Assembly (NCBI GenBank): GCA_951406725.2
Contig: OX597823.1
Location: 115,692,001-115,756,000, forward strand
Reading direction: 5' to 3'
DNA from: Octopus vulgaris
Taxonomy: Eukaryota
DNA length: 64,000 nt
Shown piece by piece: positions 1 to 13,771 of the stretch. Position 1 is the first letter of the stretch. Each line of letters starts with the position of its first letter. The notes under the pieces were generated by a model. That model made no database searches, was not told where the DNA came from, and worked only from the letters and a program-made list of their open reading frames with translations. Made by a program: the position numbers and the translations under genes.

Positions 1-126
1 AATAATAATAATAATAATATTAATAATAACAATAATAATAATAATAAACAACAACAACAATAATTATAATGAGAATAATAATAATAAATGCCCTGATGCA
101 GTACCATAAATGCCCTGATGCAGTAT

Positions 127-719
127 AAATGCCCTGATGCAGTACCAGGCAGTGGCTCTCATGGCTTCTGATCTTAACTGATTGGAAGTGTTATCATGTA
201 CATTGTTTTGTCTTGGTATAAAAGATGGGCTACAGCAAATATTCTGCTCAATACCACAGATTTGCTTGTCAGTTGTTTGACCTTAACCAGTTGAACATGT
301 CCCTTAGTGGCTGACGATATGTGCATCTCTGATCATGAGCAGAAGTAGTTGGGGAGCATCATAGCCATGTGTTGAGAGGGATTCTTTGGGGTTTGAATAA
401 TTCACCTCTGGAAACATGGGTGTTTCATTCAACATCCTTAAACAAACCTTATTCAGGGACCTTTTGAGCGGGATGGGCTACTCGACCAGAAGAAAATTCT
501 AACTGGGCCCCACCTGCAAGGTCATGTGCTGTTTATCTTGATATGAGATCACCATGTTATGCACATATGGTTATGATGCATGTACCTGGTGTACCCTTAT
601 CAGATGTGTAGTCATGATGGGTATACTGGGCTTCGTATATTTTACCCCAGTGTCACTTTGATGGCATGCACTGCTCTCTCACTCAATAATAATAATAATA
701 ATAATAACAATAACAATAA
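127..719 (+). mobile_element. ~560-bp non-coding interspersed repeat with (AAT)n tail (family D)
   Basis: Colinear copy at 60980-61575 and a 5'-truncated minus copy at ~54060-54335. All end CTCTC..TC(AAT)n. Confidence 0.85.
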
Positions 720-1261
720 AGCTAATGACAATTTGAACAGAATTGGAGATGGCCACTTACTAATGACTTCCTTTGTTGTTTTCTATTCAGAACATGAAAG
801 ACTAATGTGAATTGTTGTAAACTATTTGCTGTAGTTTCTGTTTTTCATTCTTTCCTTTTCTTTTTGTTTATGTTTTGAAAAATGTTCTTATTCCATTATC
901 AAAATTCAGCCGATTGATATTTGATATTAATAATTTATTTATCCATCAATAGAGGTAAGAGAAAACCATTTAAGTTGACTAGAGGCATCAGGCTTTGATA
1001 ACTACAAGAAAAGAAACTTTCAGTAATAAGATCTGATCCTGTTAATTAAAAGTTGCCCTATTAAGCTGGTGATAGTGTTGATAGGAGTAATTTAGTGAAT
1101 TTAAAGAACACAAAATGATAGTAATCTGAATGATGGTAAGTTGTCTAAAACAGACAAATCTGTGAATCTTTGCTAAAACATTTCATGGTAGAATGTCAAC
1201 CTTATTGTTCAATAAAATGAACTTGAAGCTATTGAGAATAAAACAAAACAGTGTAGATGCA

Positions 1262-1672
1262 GGTGCAGGAGTGGCTGTGTGGTAAGTAGCTTGCTTACCA
1301 GCCACATGGTTCTGGGTTCAGTCCCACTGCATGGCACCTTGGGCAAGTGTCTTCTACTATAGCCTCGGGCCGACCAAAACCCTTGTGAGTGGATTTGGTA
1401 GACGGAAACTGAAAGAAGCCCATCGTATATATGTATATATATATGTGTATGTGTGTGTATATGTTTGTGTGTTTGTGTTTGTCCCCCAACATTGCTTGAC
1501 AATCGATGCTGGTGTGTTTACGTCCCCGTAACTTAGCGGTTCGGCAAAGGTGACTGATAGAATAAGTACTAGGCTTACAAAAAATAAGTGCTGGGGTTGA
1601 TTTGCTCGACTAAAGGCGGTGCTCCAGCATGGCCGCAGTCAAATGACTGAAACAAGTAAAAGAGTAAAGAGT
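1262..1672 (+). mobile_element. tRNA-headed SINE family A, full copy (others: 3613-3975, 15886-16280, 28651-29092, 42857-43262, 50784-51200; many partials)
   Basis: A-box-like TGGCTGTGTGG and B-box-like GGTTCAGTCC, CORE-like CACCTTGGGCAAGT, an internal TA/TG microsatellite, and tail (AAAAGAGT)n. Confidence 0.9.
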
Positions 1673-1797
1673 AATATTTCTGCTAGAGATAAAGATGGTA
1701 ATAATCTGAAAGTAACAAAGGAAATAGCTTTGTGCCAAATTAGACACTTAACAATATCTACGCCATTAGTTTTCCATTCTGTGTTCATATTATTCAG

Positions 1798-1855
1798 GAG
1801 CTGAAGCATTTCTTTTCACAACCATCAGAGCACGAAGTGCTCCTCATGAACGCAG
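1798..1855 (+). CDS. AGBL4: Probable upstream exon of the AGBL4/CCP6-like gene (ATG at 1846, or internal coding exon)
   Basis: ttattcAG acceptor and GCAG|GTttgt donor. Open frame ELKHFFSQPSEHEVLLMNA-G ends in phase 1 and joins in frame to the exon at 6002 (MNAGSDSDISEE...). No recognisable homology in this exon itself. Confidence 0.45.
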
Positions 1856-2227
1856 GTTTGTGAGATGGCTGTGATCTGTAAACAGCTTTGAGTTGGAACT
1901 GGAAAGGGAAGTATGTGCACACTGAATTCATAAAACAGAAGAGAAGAATAAAAACCACAATGTGTATGTCAAAATAACATGAAAGAGAAGAATAAAATAA
2001 ATTATATGATGGCATGCATACCACGTCTGGCACCACTATCATGCAGCTTTGCTGCAATTTTCTTGTTTACCCAATAATATACTATGTTTCAGTTGTTTAG
2101 TAACTTGTCACTCCATTGCTAGATTGGTATAGTCTCTAAATAGGAAAGATACGATTTCTTTCTATTAAACATAACACCTAAAATTTTCTTTATCAAATTG
2201 AGTAAGTAAACAAAAAAATATTCTTAG

Positions 2228-2428
2228 CATCATGCTGTCCCAACTTATCAGGAATATTAGTGCATTGGGATGTTTGTAGCATTATGTAACTCCAAATGGT
2301 ATGGAATATTAGTGACATTAGGATGTCTTTAGTGTCATGCCATTCCAGCTTATCAGGAATATTAGACGAATTGAGATGTTCTGAACATCATGCCCTTCCA
2401 AATTTCTAAGAACATTAGTGGCATACTT
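2228..2428. repeat. Degenerate minisatellite, ~53-bp unit x ~4
   Basis: Recurrent CATCATG...GGAATATTAG...GATGT. Confidence 0.7.
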
Positions 2429-4057
2429 TGAGTAATATTGGTTTCAAATTTTAGCCAAAGGCCAGCAGTTTCAGAGGAGGGGGCAAGTCAATTACTTTGA
2501 CCCCAGTGCTCAGCTACTGCCTATTTGATTAACCCCAGAAAGATGAAAGGCAAATAGGCCTCAGCGGAATTTTAACTCAGAACATAAAGATGGGCGAAAT
2601 GCTGTTAAGCATTTTGCCTGGCTGCTCACGATTCTGCCGGCTCATCACCTACACTTGGAGAAATATCAACAAAAATCAAAGCTTCCTGTAGACATGATTT
2701 ACTGGTAAATTGCAATTTAATTTACGAAACTGGGTGCATAGTAGTGGGTGCATAAAAAGCACCCACTACACTCCCAGAGTGGTTGGCATTAGGAAGGGCA
2801 TCCAGCTGTAGAAACCCTGCCAGATCAAGCCTGGTGCAGCCATCTGGTTGCCAGCCCTTAGTCAAAACCGTCCAACTCATGCTAGCATGGAAAACGGACG
2901 TTAAACGATGATGATGATGATGATGATGAAACTATCAACCCATAAACAGGTTGATAGTTTCTCTCTGTCCATCTCCCAACCTATCGACTTTTAAACCGAT
3001 TATTATACATCCTTTCAAAAATTAAAAGAAGTTTAACCTTTAAAACTTTTAAAATATTTATATCCACAAACCTTTAAAGCTTTTAAATCTGTGAGATCCT
3101 TCACTCCCATTATGCCAAACCCATGGCCCCTAAATTTTCTATCCACCAACCAATTACAACCTCTTAGTACTCTATTATATTCTATATTGTTTCTCTTCAT
3201 TTTAGTTTCTTTCATTTCTCCAGTTTATTGTATCTTATCCTGTCTTATTTTTATTCTATTTTCGTCTATTTTATTCTATTTATTCTCATCTTCCTCTCTA
3301 CCTACCATACTAATTGGCATTATTCTGTTACAGTTGTGCCAGATGTTTGGAACAATATTCTAAAAATCAAAATTGTTATGCCTAAATACAATTTGATTTA
3401 AATATATACAACGTAGAGATATACTTACCTAATAGCTGATCCATTGATTCAATTCTGATTTCCAGACTTATGAACCAAACTTTTGGACAAGTAATAATAT
3501 ATTGTAAGAATCAAGCAAAACAAATATATTGACATGTATGTGTGTGTGTGTGTATGCATGTATGTATGTTTGTATGTACATATGTATGTTTGTATGTATG
3601 TATATATGTATTAGGCACAGCATATACGGTTGCTTCATAACCACATAGATCCGGTTTAGTCCTGCTGTGTGGCACCTTGGGCAATTGTCTTCTCTTCTAC
3701 TACAACCTTGATTCAGCCAAAACCTTGTAGGTGGATTTGGTAGATGGAAACTAAAAGAAGCCCATCATGCATGTGTGTGTGTGTGGTGTCTGTGTTTGTC
3801 CTTCCCCACATCTTGACAATAGCAGTTCAACAAAAGAGACTGATAGAATAAGTACTAGGCCTAAGAAAATAAATCCAGGGGTCAATTTGTTTGAGAAAAA
3901 CTTTTCGAGGCAGTGCTCCAGCATGGCCACAATCTAATAAGTAAAACAAGTGAAAGATAAAGGATAAAAGATAAATGGTTATAAATACATCCACATATAA
4001 ATGTGATGCAGAGTTTCCATCTTGTGAATTTCCCTCATAATATATTGGTCAACCAAG

Positions 4058-4935
4058 GCAGCGAGCTGGCAGAACCATTAGCACACTGGGCGAAATGCAT
4101 AGCCGTATTTTGTCTGCAAAGTTGACCTTTGCGGCGAGCTGGCAGAATCGTTAGCACGCCGGGCGAAATGCGTGGCTGTATTTCGTCTGCCGTTACGTTC
4201 TGAGTTCAAATTCCGCCGAGGTCGACTTTGCCTTTCATCCTTTCGGGGTCGATTAAATAAGTACCAGTTACGCACTGGGGTCGATATAATCGACTTAATC
4301 CGTTTGTCTGTTCTTGTTTGTCTTCTCTGTGTTTAGCCCCTTGTGGGTAGTAAAGAAATAGGTATTTCATCTGCCACTACATACCAAGTTCAAATTCTGC
4401 CGAGGTTGACTTTATATGTCATCCTTTCGGGGTCGATTAAATAAGTACCAGTTACATACTGGAGTCAACATGATCAACTCAATCCGTTTGTCTGTCCTTG
4501 TCTGTCCCCTCTGTGTGTAGCCTCTTGTGGGCAGTAAAGAAATTAGAAATAAAAAACATAAGCATGCCAGGTGAAATGCTTAGTGGTATTTCCGAGCTGG
4601 CAGAATCGTTAGCACGTTGGGCGAAATGCTTTGCGGTATTTCTTCTGCCGTTACGTTGTGAGTTCAAATTCCGCTGAGGTCAACTTTGCCTTTCATCCTT
4701 TCGAGGTCGATAAATTAAGCACCAGTTAAGTACTGGGGTCGATGTAATCGACTTAATACCTATGTCTGTCCTTGTTTGTTCCTTCTATGTTTAGCCCCCT
4801 GTGGGTAATAAAGAAATAGGTATTTCGTCTGTCTTTATGTTCTGAGTTAAAATTTTGCCCAGGTCAACTTTGCCTTTCATTCTTTTGAGGTCAATAAATT
4901 AAGTAAATTTTGGGCCTTGTGCCTAGAGTAGAAAA
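4058..4935 (+). mobile_element. Tandem cluster of tRNA-headed SINE family B units
   Basis: Repeated GAGCTGGCAGAATCGTTAGC head, GAGTTCAAATTC B-box, GCCTTTCATCCTTTCGGGGTCGAT..AAGTACCAG central domain (resembles Meta/Nin-type SINE cores as recalled), and TAAAGAAATA tail. Confidence 0.88.
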
Positions 4936-6001
4936 GAATATATTAGTCAACCTGGATCTCTTGTAGAAGAGATTCACCAAAGATGTAGTTAATATTTTTT
5001 AGATGATATACCTGCCAGTATTTAACAGCATCTGGACAGTGGAATGAGAGCATGTACTACCTGAACTGCTAAACCATAAGGAAATATCTGTGGCTCGTTT
5101 ACTAGATACAACACAACAGTAATGACAGGATACAAATTGTATCCTAACTCATCCAGCTGAAGCAAAAGTCTTTTCTTTATAGATTTTAATCTCCAGTAAA
5201 AACGGTAAATTTAAAGTACAAATTTGACTACTTTAGTTTGTTTTCAACTCTAAGTCTGTGTAAACATATCGTCATGGTGCTCAAATTAAACAGGAGTGCT
5301 TCATTTCCTTCACACTGTGAAGAAAATTAGAAACATTTTTTTAATCTTTTGTTAAAAGGAAATATGATTTTTTTTTCACTGCAGTCATGTATCTCCAAGA
5401 ATATTTTCAAATTAAATATCAGCTAAAAACACATTATTGCACACAGTCTGTTCTGTTTACATTTCTCTTGTTATTAATTAAGTTTCTTTCATTTCAGTTT
5501 TAAAAAAAATTTTTTTTTTTTTTCACTTTTATGGAATTGAATTCATGAAATAGAAAATAGATATATGTCACAAATGTAAGATTATCTATAAATGCGATCA
5601 GTTTATGAAAAATAAATACAACATTTATACTAATTAAAATAAGAGATTAAACTGAAGACTCTCTGTGCAAAGAAGAGATTTGAATAATTCTTCAATTTCT
5701 TCTTGTGATCTTTAGGTTTAAACATGTCAGTAGGTTATCTCCTCTTAGCTGGCTAATTTCAAAATGAAATCACGTGCATTATGCAAACAAAATTTGATAC
5801 TTTCTTTAATAAAGAACCATTTTAGTTAGGTCAGTTTCTGTACAAAATTCATATTTTTTCTCCTTTTTTTTTTTTTTTTGGTATTTTGCTGTTTTCCTTT
5901 TAAATGACTTTGATTACTGGTACATGTTTATATTATTTGTTTTTAAATTTTTAAGTCTCCTATTAGTTACCAAATAAACCTTTGCTTTGTATATTTTGCA
6001 G

Positions 6002-6127
6002 GTAGTGATTCTGATATCAGCGAAGAGACATTGGTTGGCAATGTTAATAAGTTGACAGTTGTGCCACAGGGATATTTTGGCAAACCAAAACAAGGTCATT
6101 TGACATTTGATGCTTGCTTTGAAAGTG
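6002..6127 (+). CDS. AGBL4: Cytosolic carboxypeptidase 6 (AGBL4/CCP6-like) coding exon
   Basis: ttttgcAG acceptor and G|GTaaat donor. Translates (G)SDSDISEETLVGNVNKLTVVPQGYFGKPKQGHLTFDACFES(G), matching the recalled AGBL4 N-terminal motif GNVSK..V.P.GY.G.PKKGHL.FDACFESG. 126 nt, phase 1-1. Confidence 0.93.
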
Positions 6128-8213
6128 GTAAATATTCAGTTTCCTGTTGCAATTCTTAATATTATTTTTGTTGATCAGTTTCTAATTTGGGGACTGTATT
6201 AACATTTATAGATGAAACTGTACCAGTTAATAGAATACTGAAATATTCTTAACTGTGTGTAAAAGGAACCTATGCAAGAATAACATGTTTAACACCAAAC
6301 ACCTCTCTATTGTGGCAAATTTCAGAGAACAAAATGTTTGAAATTAAAATATGTACCTCTAACATGATACTGGGACTGAACCCGGAACCATGTGGTTGGT
6401 AAGCAAGCTATTTACCACACAGCCACTCTTACACACATTTAGTAATAAGGATGCATTGAACAGATAGCTTGAGTATTGCCGCATATTATTTTTGCAGTGT
6501 ATTTTCCATTTAGAACAGAGGTATTTTGTATAACTTGGCATCCAACAATGTAACAACATTGCAACATCAGGTAACAACATTCAAGTTTGTGTTTCCATAA
6601 AGCTCTACTTCTTCAGTTAATATTTTTTAGATGATTTACCAGCAAATGTTTAGCAGCATATGGACAATTCAGTGAAAGGATTATAAACACACACACACAC
6701 ATGTATATAATCACATTCCGTGTGTGTGTTTGTGTGTGTTACTGTGTCTCAAGTAAATTAGTCTTTATTCTCTATGCTATCAGTCACACACTCAATATAT
6801 TATTTGTAATTATGTTTTGCTGTAAGCCATGATATACATACAAACAGTAGTACTTAAAGTGTTGGGCAGATAAATTGAAGAATCATTGCTTCTTGGTGAA
6901 TTATTGTTTTGCTAAAAGCTGCTATTTCAGATAGAAAATAAATTAGTAATGATGCTGAGGATAATTACTACTGCTGAACATTGTTACTGGAAATTGTATG
7001 ATAGGCAGGAAAAAAATTGGACTCCATAGGTGGCACAAAAAACACCTTTATTTTCAGGTAACTGGTTTTAAAACGCATATGAAACACATACACAGGAGGC
7101 CTTATAGCATCTTAAAGTGAGACAAAGTGAGAAATTGTCACTTTGGCATTTCTGTTTTTGTCAGTGTGGAATTGACAGGAATTTTTGTGATCACAATTTC
7201 TATTCTATATTTTTCATCATTTTGCTAATGGCTTTCCATTCTTGTGTTGGGATCCTTCTAGAATGCAGAATAATACTCCTCAGTATTAGACAACAGATAT
7301 TGAGAGCCATAAACAATTTACATCCATTTTTTTGTGCTGGCATGGGTTAGAAAAGTTGATATTCATTGTTGTCCACCTCATTTAAGTCAAAATTTAAAAA
7401 AAACAAAACAACCAGCCAAATTTGTTGTTGGGTATGTTTTACTGTGTGGATTTGGGGTATTTTATTTTGTTTGTAATATTAGAGAAATTGTTCCATTTGG
7501 GAGTACTAAACAGCCATTTCTACCTTGCAAAGTCCATGTCGTGCTTGTACATTCCTGTCTGACATGCTTTTTGTGGTTGAATGCCCCTCCTACCCCTAAC
7601 CACTTTACAAAGCATTTTGAGGATTTTAGAGAGATACCATGCATGGAGGATGAAAGATTCTCTTGTATGCTGTATCAGTTATTACCCACTTCTATTTTTT
7701 CCCATAATTAAAATACTGGCTGCAGTATCAAAGGTATTAAAACCGATTGTAATGGTTTCAACTTCTATCTGCAGTGATATGAAATAAACTCTTACTCTAA
7801 AATTAATTTGAAATTATGCCTGTGAGAGATGGGATTTTATGGCTGCGGAAAGTGGACAAAACAGATTTTAAATCTAAATGTCAGATCCCTTAACATAAGA
7901 ACCTTTCTCCTACTCAATTTTGTTATTGTCATCTTCATCATCATCATCATCATTTCTATGCAGGCTTGGATTAACTTTTGTCTGAGGTCATTGCCAGTGC
8001 CGCTGGACTGGCTCCTGTGCAGGTGGCACATAAAAAAAACACCATTTGAGCATGGCTGTTACCAGTACCACCTGATCCGTAAAAGCACCCACCACACTCT
8101 CAGAGTGGTTGGCATTAGGAAGGGCTTGGAACGACAGTGGCTAAGAGATGGTTCCACACTCCTCAAAACTCTGAAAGTCCTGAACCAGGCCCTCACTACC
8201 AGATGCAGTTTAA

Positions 8214-8414
8214 CCCTTTTGTTACTGTATTTCTTTCAATTAATTTTAAGTATAACAAAGAATTTAGTAAAATAACTTGGCTATCATTAAGCTGGTGTTA
8301 GGAGCATAAATTGTGACTAAGGTTTGGTGGAAGATTTTAATTCAAAACTTATGAAAGCAAGACATTTGTACTACAGAGCCAGAGTTAGTTTCAGCAAGGT
8401 TGGTACCAAAAGGG
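8214..8414. mobile_element. TTAA-flanked piggyBac-type MITE
   Basis: TTAA|CCCTTTTGTTAC...GTACCAAAAGGG|TTAA. The interior is shared with copies at 15607 and 33279. Confidence 0.8.
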
Positions 8415-8514
8415 TTAAAGTCATACCCAGGACATACTCTAGATGTAATGATGTGTGAGATAACCAAAACAACTGTGCCCTTTGAATTAAGAGTTTTGCA
8501 ATATTTGTTCTACT

Positions 8515-9900
8515 CAAGGAGGTGAGCTGGCAGAAATGTTAGCATGCTGGTATTTCGTCTGTCTTTATGTTATTAGCTCCAGTTCCACTGAGGCTAGCTT
8601 TGCCTTTCGTCCTTTCGGGGTCAATAAATTAAGAACCAGTTGCATACTGGGGTCGATCTAATCAACTGGCCTCCTCCCCCAAAATTTCGGGCCTTCTGCC
8701 TAGAGTAGAAAATAACATTTGTTCTGCTCTGTGGTTGGAGACACTCCCTTTTCACTCTCATTGCCAGGAATACAGTGATGCAATAATTGGTCTTTTGGAA
8801 ACCAACAATATTGTTGCTCAATAGTTACAATTCAAAATAAGGTGGGAAACTGGCAGAATCGTTACCATGGCTCGCAAAATGCTGCTAAGCATTTAGCCCA
8901 TCTCAGATTCAACCTAGGTTGATTTTACCTTTCATCCTTTCAGAGTTGATAAAATATGTACCAATTGAGCCCCAGGATTGATGTAATTCACTTAGCCCCT
9001 CCCCAAAGATTGCTGGCCTTGTGTGAAAATATTTGAAACCAATAATTAAAATATAAAGTTTTAAAAATAAATAACTGGAAAATTATGTGAATAGCATAAG
9101 GACTTTCAGAGTTAGGTTCGCTTCCTCACTTTGTGTCGTTCTTTTATCGAAACAACATATTAACTGTACCTGCTTACAGCAATTAGGATTCATTAAGTAA
9201 TTATCATTTTGATTAGACAAAATGTTGACTTGATGTGTTACACCATGTGAATTGGTGTCAAATTGTGGCAGAGGACCATTAAACTTGGGGAAGTGGGGAA
9301 GTTGATTACATCGAATCCCCCCCCCCCCCCAGTGCCCGACTGATACTTATTTTATTGACTCCAGAAGGATGGAAAGCAAGGTTGGCCTTGGCAGAATTTG
9401 AACTGAGAATAAGGTGGTGAGCTGGCAGAAATGTTAGCATGCCAGACAAATACTTAGCAGTATTTCGTCTTTCTTTGCGTTCTGAGTTCAAATTCCATCG
9501 AGGTCGACTTTGCCTTTCATCCTTTCGGGGTCGATAAATAAGTAATCGACTTAATCCCTTTGTCTGTCCTTGTTTGTCCCCTCTATGTTTAGCCACTTGT
9601 GGACAATAAAGAAATAAGAAATGTTGGACAAAATGTTAGACAAAATGGTATTTCGTCTGTGTTTACGTTCTGAGTTCAAATTCCACCAAGGTCCACTTTG
9701 CCTTTCATCCTTTCAGGGTCAATAAATTAAATTCTTGTTGCATACTGGGTTCGATCTAATTGACTGGCCCCCTCCTCCCCACAAAATTTCGGGCCTTGTG
9801 CCTAGAGTAGAAAAGGAATTTGAACCCAGAATGTAAAGACGGATGAAATGCTGTTAAGTATTTTGTCTGGCATGCTAACAATTCTGCCAGCTCACTGCCC
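8515..9900. mobile_element. Cluster of SINE family B copies, both orientations
   Basis: + copies at ~8515, 8838 and 9410-9815. The last is nested inside a minus copy (9290-9410 and 9815-9900). Confidence 0.8.
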
Positions 9901-10309
9901 CCCCCCCCCCAATACCGTATAAATTACAGGTTCTCAATTACAGATTCAAATTGACTTGTTATGGAAGCATAACAAACAAAATAAGTTAATTAAAATGAAG
10001 TCACTTGGCATATTTGTTTTGCAACAGATAAGTGGTTTCTAAGTAAGAACAAAAACAAAAGATAAGTGCAAAAATGGTAAGAGTATGATTAATTACAGGT
10101 ATCAGATTCATGTACCTGTATGAAGGGCAAGGAGTCTGTCCAGTCCCATCAGCAAACAATGCTCTGCTGATGTTCTTTGGTTCATTCATTTATGTTTCTT
10201 GTTTCCCAGAAATAATTACGCTATACTTCATCAACAGAAGTAATTAATCATTTAAGTTCTAACTGTGGACATTATTATAAACACAATTATCATCATTATC
10301 CGGATTCTT

Positions 10310-10830
10310 CCAAATTCTTCTTTTCTCCTCTTCAATCTTTTCCCTCCTGCTTCTACCCTTCTTCCTGCTTTTCTCCTCCTCCTCCTCCTCCACTTCTCTT
10401 TCAGATCTTTCTTCTCTGCTACTTCTTCTTAATCATGTCATTCTCCTCCTACTCCTACTATTTTTCATTCCCCAATCCCTGTCATCACTATTTTTTTCTC
10501 CTCCTCCTCCTACCATGATTGCTTTCCTCCTATTCCAATCACTGACATTTTTTTCTCTTTTCCCTTCATCTCACTTCATTACCATCCTTACTTCTAATCC
10601 TGTTGTCTTTTTGATTGACCCATACTCTGGTCATTGTCACCTTTTATCCTCCTCCTCCTCCTCCTCCACCTCATCCTCATCCTCCTCTTCTTCTTCTTCC
10701 ACCACCACCACCTCCTCCTCCTCCTCTTCCCCCTATCAGTGTCTTTCCTCCTACTCAAGTCCTGGTTCTTTCCTCCCACTCACGTCACCGTCCTCCTGCT
10801 CCTCTCTCCTTCCTACTGTCTCCAGTAACA
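10310..10830. repeat. CT-rich low-complexity (CCT/CTT)n tract
   Basis: Pyrimidine-rich simple repeats. These explain the Pro/Ser/Arg-rich spurious ORFs. Confidence 0.85.
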
Positions 10831-11255
10831 CAACATCCCATGACAGACAACTTTATATATTTTCTAATCTCTGCCAACCTATTCAATTTAACAATCTCAT
10901 CTGTAACCAAACAAAAAGGCAAAATACCAGCGTACACATTCTTACCACCAACTTTATAAATCACCTCACAAGTTCTACTGAGATTCTGCTGAGTAAACGC
11001 ATTTGAAGATAAATTTGAAATGAATTAGAATTTCAGACATCAAAGACTCTTATCTGTAATAATGGAACATCAGTGCTACAAATATTGGAAATGTATTGTT
11101 TCTGGTTGTTGTACAGGGATGAATATTGAATAGTTTGTTAAATTGCAACTGTAAACTACAGCTTTGTATGAAGGTTTCGTGTGCACATGCATAGACTTTC
11201 TTTATCTCCCAAACATGCATATTACTGGACAAATATGCACATATACCAACAAAGC

Positions 11256-11294
<39 letters not shown>

Positions 11295-11329
11295 ATATAT
11301 ATATCTATATATATACATTATCTATCTAT

Positions 11330-11366
<37 letters not shown>

Positions 11367-11391
11367 CACATATATATACATACATATATAC

Positions 11392-11428
<37 letters not shown>

Positions 11429-11434
11429 TCTATA

Positions 11435-12722
11435 CGAGGGACGTTCAATAAGTAATGCCCCTGATCCACTTGCAGTTGTTTGATCTAGCTGAAATTTTGC
11501 ATGTGCAATTATTTATATCGCTATAGATTAAATAGCAAATTACAGCTCTGAACTAATTGTGGTATCTGATATACAGGTGTTTGGACTGAGTCAAGTGTGA
11601 AATGGAGCCTGTTGAGTGTCGAGCAGTGATCCGGTTTTAGTATTTGAATGGATGCTCACCATGGGAGACTTTTGATGAAATGAAAGTAACTTATGGTGAT
11701 GATGCCCCATCATATGACCTTGTAAAACGCTGGCATCGTGAATTCAAACATGGTCGGAACTCTGTGGAAACAGCTCCCAGATCTGGTCGCCCCTCTTCTG
11801 CCATTGATGAGGCATCTGTCCTACAAGTTGAGGCTGCCATTTTGGAAGATCGATGCATAACTATTCGCCAAATAGCCCATGAGGTCAAGATTAGTACCGG
11901 GTCTGTGGAAACTATCACTCATGACCATTTGCATATGCAAAAGGTGTCTTCCAGATGGATTCCCAGGTTGCTCACACCTTTCCAGAAGCAAGAACGCGTC
12001 GAGTGCTCGAGGGTGAATTTGGAGATGTGCCAAGATGAGTCAAAATTTTTCAAAAGACTGATTACACAGGATGAAATCTGGGTCCATCACTATGATCCAG
12101 AGACCAAAGCCCAGTCAATGCAGTGGAAGCACCGTGACTCACCTCCTCCAAAGAAAGCAAGGATGCAGCCCTCCGCTGGCAAGGTTATGCTCACAGTCTT
12201 CTGGGAACAGGATGGAGTAGTGATGACAGATTTCCTGGCAAAGGGTACCACAATTACAGGAGCCTATTATGCTTCACTTCTGAGGAAATTAAGAGAAGCT
12301 ATCAAAATCAAGAGGGGGGCAAGATCAGCAAAGGCATCCTCCTCTTGCAGGACAACGCTCCGGTCCACAACTCGCGTGTCACCAGATCAGAAGCACAGGC
12401 GTGCGGCTATGAACTCCTTCCCCATCCCCCTACTCTCCTGACCTTGCACCCTCTGATTTTCACCTCTTCCCAGCCATGAAGTTGTTTTTGAAAGGAATGT
12501 GTTTCCCAGATGATGCAGCCTTGATTTCTGAAGTCAGGTCGTGGTTGGAGGACCAAGCTGGGGTCTTCTACAAAAACTGTCTCCAGAGCTGTATCAAACA
12601 ATGGGAGAAATGCATAACTCTGGGTGGTTCCTATGTAGAAAAAGACTAATATCTGTGCCAAGTTTCGTTGCTCTACTGCTATGGGAAGTGGGTCAGGGGC
12701 ATTACTTATTGAACGCCCCTCG
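11435..12722 (+). mobile_element. Full-length mariner transposon (DD34D), 1288 bp
   Basis: TA on both sides (11433-34, 12723-24). ~37-bp TIRs CGAGGG(A/G)CGTTCAATAAGTAATGCCCCTGA(T/C)CCACTT with 2 mismatches. Inserted in a (TA)n microsatellite. Confidence 0.96.
11602..12649 (+). pseudogene. Mariner transposase with a premature stop and a frameshift
   Basis: MEPVECRAVIRF* (TAG 11638-40), then HTH region, WIPRLL, ITQDEIW, a frameshift near 12315, QDNAPVH...[16 protein letters not shown] (34 residues between the 2nd and 3rd D), ending GGSYVEKD* at 12649. Confidence 0.93.
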
Positions 12723-13640
<918 letters not shown>

Positions 13641-13736
13641 GCATTTGGAGATGTCGATACCAAGTATGAACATAACATGTCTATATTATATATGAGCATA
13701 ATATGCTTCTATAACCCCTTCTTTACATATTTATCG

Positions 13737-13771
<35 letters not shown>

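Noticed and set aside
85-146. Three short direct repeats resembling a mini CRISPR array; also the 37610-38045 array
   Set aside because: No unique spacers, no cas genes and a eukaryotic context. These are a TE-end stutter and a minisatellite.
1262-1340. tRNA-like A/B boxes here and at other SINE heads
   Set aside because: They continue directly into SINE bodies and no full cloverleaf is evident; not called as tRNA genes.
7090-7800. Cluster of overlapping short ORFs
   Set aside because: No recognisable motif in the frames examined. Possibly an old TE remnant, but unsupported.
10515-11006. Ser-, Pro- and Arg-rich ORFs
   Set aside because: Products of (CCT)n low-complexity sequence, with no splice or homology support.
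11644-12441. Domesticated SETMAR-like gene
   Set aside because: Intact TIRs and TA TSD, an upstream stop, a frameshift and no SET domain; it is a transposon copy.
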